From Octopus bimaculoides (lineage: Eukaryota): a DNA stretch of 36,983 nucleotides. The position numbers and the translations under genes were made by a program. The DNA is taken from positions 8,913,028-8,950,010 of the forward strand of contig NC_068993.1 in the NCBI RefSeq assembly GCF_001194135.2, read 5' to 3'. How positions within the stretch are numbered: position 1 is the first letter of the stretch; each line of letters begins with the position of its first letter. The notes under the pieces were generated by a model, which was not told the DNA's origin, searched no databases, and was given only the letters and a program-made list of their open reading frames with translations. Positions 34,247-36,983 of this stretch are shown here, one piece after another.

Positions 34247-35755
34247 ATTCATATGCAGGCCCGGCATTATACAATACAATTGTATATTCACAAATCAATG
34301 CAAATGGAGAAAACTATAAGGTTGTTCTGAAAATAATGGCCGTTCTAAGTGTTATGTTTTGAAACGCAATTTTATCATAGTATTTTAATTATATTTTAGG
34401 TGAATTTCGACAAAATTAATAATTGATGTATGCTCTTTAATAATTTTCTAATTATTTCAGACAGAAAACATTCTTGAAGCATAGGCGCCCTTAATTATGA
34501 ACATGACAAAAAGGGCTTCGCTTACTTTTCTTGCATGAGTTCAAGCTTGGGCACAATGCCTCCCAAACTGCTGCCAATATGAATAGAGCATAGGGAGAGG
34601 GGTCCACAAGTAATCGCGCGGTACGAAGATGATTTCAGAAATTCCGTAGTGTTGATGAGAGCCTTGAAGATAAAGAAGGGAGAGGACGGCCATGCAGTCT
34701 TGACAATGAACAATGGAAAGCAATTGTTGAACAAAACCCACGTCAAAGTGTCAGAGAAATGTCTCAGGCTCTTGGTGTCGGTATTGCAACGGTCTCACGC
34801 AATCTGCAGAAAATTGGTAAGGTGAAAAAGCTCGATGAATGGGTACCATATGAGCTCAATGAAAATCAAAAGTTCAGCATTTTGAAGTGTACTCGATGCT
34901 CTTTCTGCGAAACCACCAATGATCCTTTTCTTGACCGAATAGTCATTTGTGGCGAAAAGTGGATCCTTTATGATAACCGTAAACGATCAGGTCAATGGCT
35001 TGATCGTGACGAGTCCCCCAAACATTTTCCAAAGCCAAAGTTGTATTAGTGACTGTCTGGTGGTCTGCAATTGGTGCTGTCCATTACAGCTTTCTGGAAG
35101 CCAACCAGAGCATTACCGCAAAGTTTTACTGCAATCAACTCGCTGAAATGCATGCTCACTTGCAAAAAATGAGACCTGCATTGGTGAATCGGCGTGGCCC
35201 AATTCTGCTCCATGATAATGCAAAGCCACGTGTTGCAAGAATCACGCTGCAGAAAATCACAGACCTGGGATACGAGACTTTACCACGTCCTCCATATTCT
35301 CCTGATCTTTCACCCACTGACTACCATTTTTTAAAAGCATTTAAACACGGTTTTAAGTGATAAAACTTTCAGGTCCAAACCAGAGGTGGAATCAGCTTTC
35401 AAAGATTTCTTAGCATCAAAGCCAATAAGTTTTTATCAACGAGGCATAAATACTCTCGTTGATCGATGGCAGAGATGCAGAGATATTCACTGTTCATACT
35501 TTGTCTAATCAAAACATTTCTATTGTTAATTTTTCCAGAATAAAATTATATTTCTGAAATCGGCCATTACTTTCGGAACAACCTAATAGCTCATCAGAAC
35601 ATCAGAACATCATTTTTACACCAACGATTCAACTGCCAAAGGTCCAGGGTCGCAACATTGGTCTAACCATGATGTTCTGATGAGCTAGCTTTCTTTATTT
35701 GCCTCGATCTGTGAATATGCAATTGTATTGTATAATATCGACATGCATATTAATG
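34246..35755. mobile_element. Fold-back MITE (about 240 bp when reconstructed) interrupted by the mariner
   Basis: 34246-34296 is the reverse complement of 35706-35755 (about 43/51). The symmetry continues inward, with a perfect 18-bp inverted repeat at 35587-35604 / 35670-35687. Confidence 0.8.
34317..35586 (+). mobile_element. Full-length (1270 bp) inactivated mariner transposon, DD34D, Hsmar1-like
   Basis: About 30-bp TIRs (taaggttgttctgaaaataatggccg / cggccattactttcggaacaacctaa) with TA on both sides (34315-16, 35587-88). Broken transposase with WVPYEL, IVICGEKW (first Asp changed to Gly), HDNA and YSPDLSPTDY; several stops and frameshifts. Confidence 0.95.
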
Positions 35756-35891
35756 CAAATATGTAAGCATAATTTCTTGCACGCTGAAATTATTACTGCA
35801 TGGAGAAGGCTACAAAACGGCTGTAACCTTAAGGATGTCAAGTGGTTGAATAAATATATTCACCTCTTATAACTCCTGATTTTTTATGGTT

Positions 35892-35943
<52 letters not shown>

Positions 35944-36044
35944 CAGATAATAATAAAAGGGTAAAATTAATTAATTAATTAATTATCAATAATTTTACCA
36001 AGTAGTTCGGTACGTTAAAATAACCTTTATAGGTAAAATTATAC

Positions 36045-36477
36045 AAATATTCTATAATTATAAACATGATTATAATTAGGAGTCAGCTAATTGTTTCGCC
36101 ACGTATCGGTTTTAGAAATAGCAGTTAAACTGCTTTTCTACAACCATAAAGATCTCCCAGACAGTAACATACTTTTTTATGTTAGTATAAAGAAAAAAGC
36201 AACGAATCCACACGACTCGGATTAGCTACATACGCGTTTGGAGATTAAAGTAAAGTTATACGCGTTTCGAGATTAAAGTAAAGTTATATTTACTTACTTA
36301 TTTCTCATCTTCAATTGTTTTTTTTTTCTTTTTGCCTACTTAAAAAAAGTGTGTTACTGTCTGGGAGATCTTTATGGAAGTAGAAAAGGCAGTTTAACTG
36401 CTATTTCTAAAGTCGGTGCGTGGTGAAGCAATTAGCTGACCCCTGATTAGAATTATGTTTTTAATTATAGAATATTT
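36045..36477. mobile_element. Element with about 135-bp inverted arms and a spacer of about 165 bp
   Basis: 36045-36178 is the reverse complement of 36343-36477 (roughly 85% by eye). 28-bp tandem duplication at 36231-36286. (GATA)n lies next to it on the right and about 100 bp away on the left. Confidence 0.85.
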
Positions 36478-36480
36478 TTG

Positions 36481-36512
<32 letters not shown>

Positions 36513-36513
<1 letters not shown>

Positions 36514-36692
36514 TGGTTTCGAAGTTTGGTACAATTACATCGACCCCAGTGCTCAACTGGAACTTATTTTATCCACCCCGAAAGAATGAAAGGCGAAGTG
36601 GACCTCGGCGGAATTTGAACCCAGAACGAAAAGATGGATGAAATGCCACTAAGCATTTTGCCCGGAGTTCTAACGGTGTTGCCAGCTCACCG
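36513..36692 (-). mobile_element. SINE family B
   Basis: catcgaccccagtgctcaactgg...ggcggaatttgaacccagaacg...gccagctcaccg. Confidence 0.85.
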
Positions 36693-36763
36693 AGCACATG
36701 CGTGTGTGTGCGTGTGTGTGTGTAGGAGTGTGTGTGTGCGCACATGTGTGTGTGTGCATATAT

Positions 36764-36983
36764 ATAGTAGCTTGCTTACCAACCACATGGTTCCGGGTTC
36801 AGTCCCACTGCGTGGCACCTTGGCCAAGTGTCTTCTACTATAGCCTCGGGCCGACCAAAGCCTTCTGAGTGGATTTGGTATACGGAAACTGAAGAGAAGC
36901 CCGTCGTATATATATGTGTGTGTGTGTTTGTGTGTCTGTGCTTGTCCCCCCAGCATGGCTTGGCAACCGATGCTGGTGTGTTT
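36764..36983 (+). mobile_element. SINE family A, runs off the end of the window
   Basis: tagcttgcttaccaaccacatggttccgggttcagtcc... Confidence 0.9.

Overview
Eukaryotic, AT-rich, repeat-saturated draft-assembly DNA with 8 N-gaps, most abutting microsatellites. The SINE families look like those of Octopus (recognised from memory, not searched). One protein-coding gene is well supported: a minus-strand S1A (trypsin/chymotrypsin-fold) serine protease. I spliced five exons by hand (26258-26090, 24755-24616, 23891-23760, 23203-23061, 22443-22297); all intron phases match, giving R|IVNG, an intact His/Asp/Ser triad and a 236-aa mature domain. Two of these exons are missing from the ORF track, and the signal-peptide exon was not located. 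The rest is mobile DNA: three tRNA-derived SINE families, a full-length dead mariner inserted in a fold-back MITE, a second mariner remnant, a pogo/Tigger-like MITE, a 5'-truncated R4/Dong-type LINE inside an (AAT)n tract, two long palindromic elements and mini/microsatellites. More speculative signals are three hammerhead-ribozyme-like motifs, a promoter-like motif cluster near 17.7 kb and a few candidate orphan exons. I found no convincing wholly new biological system; the protease, the hammerhead-like motifs and the nested elements are the best leads. Repeat boundaries are approximate and all comparisons were made by eye.
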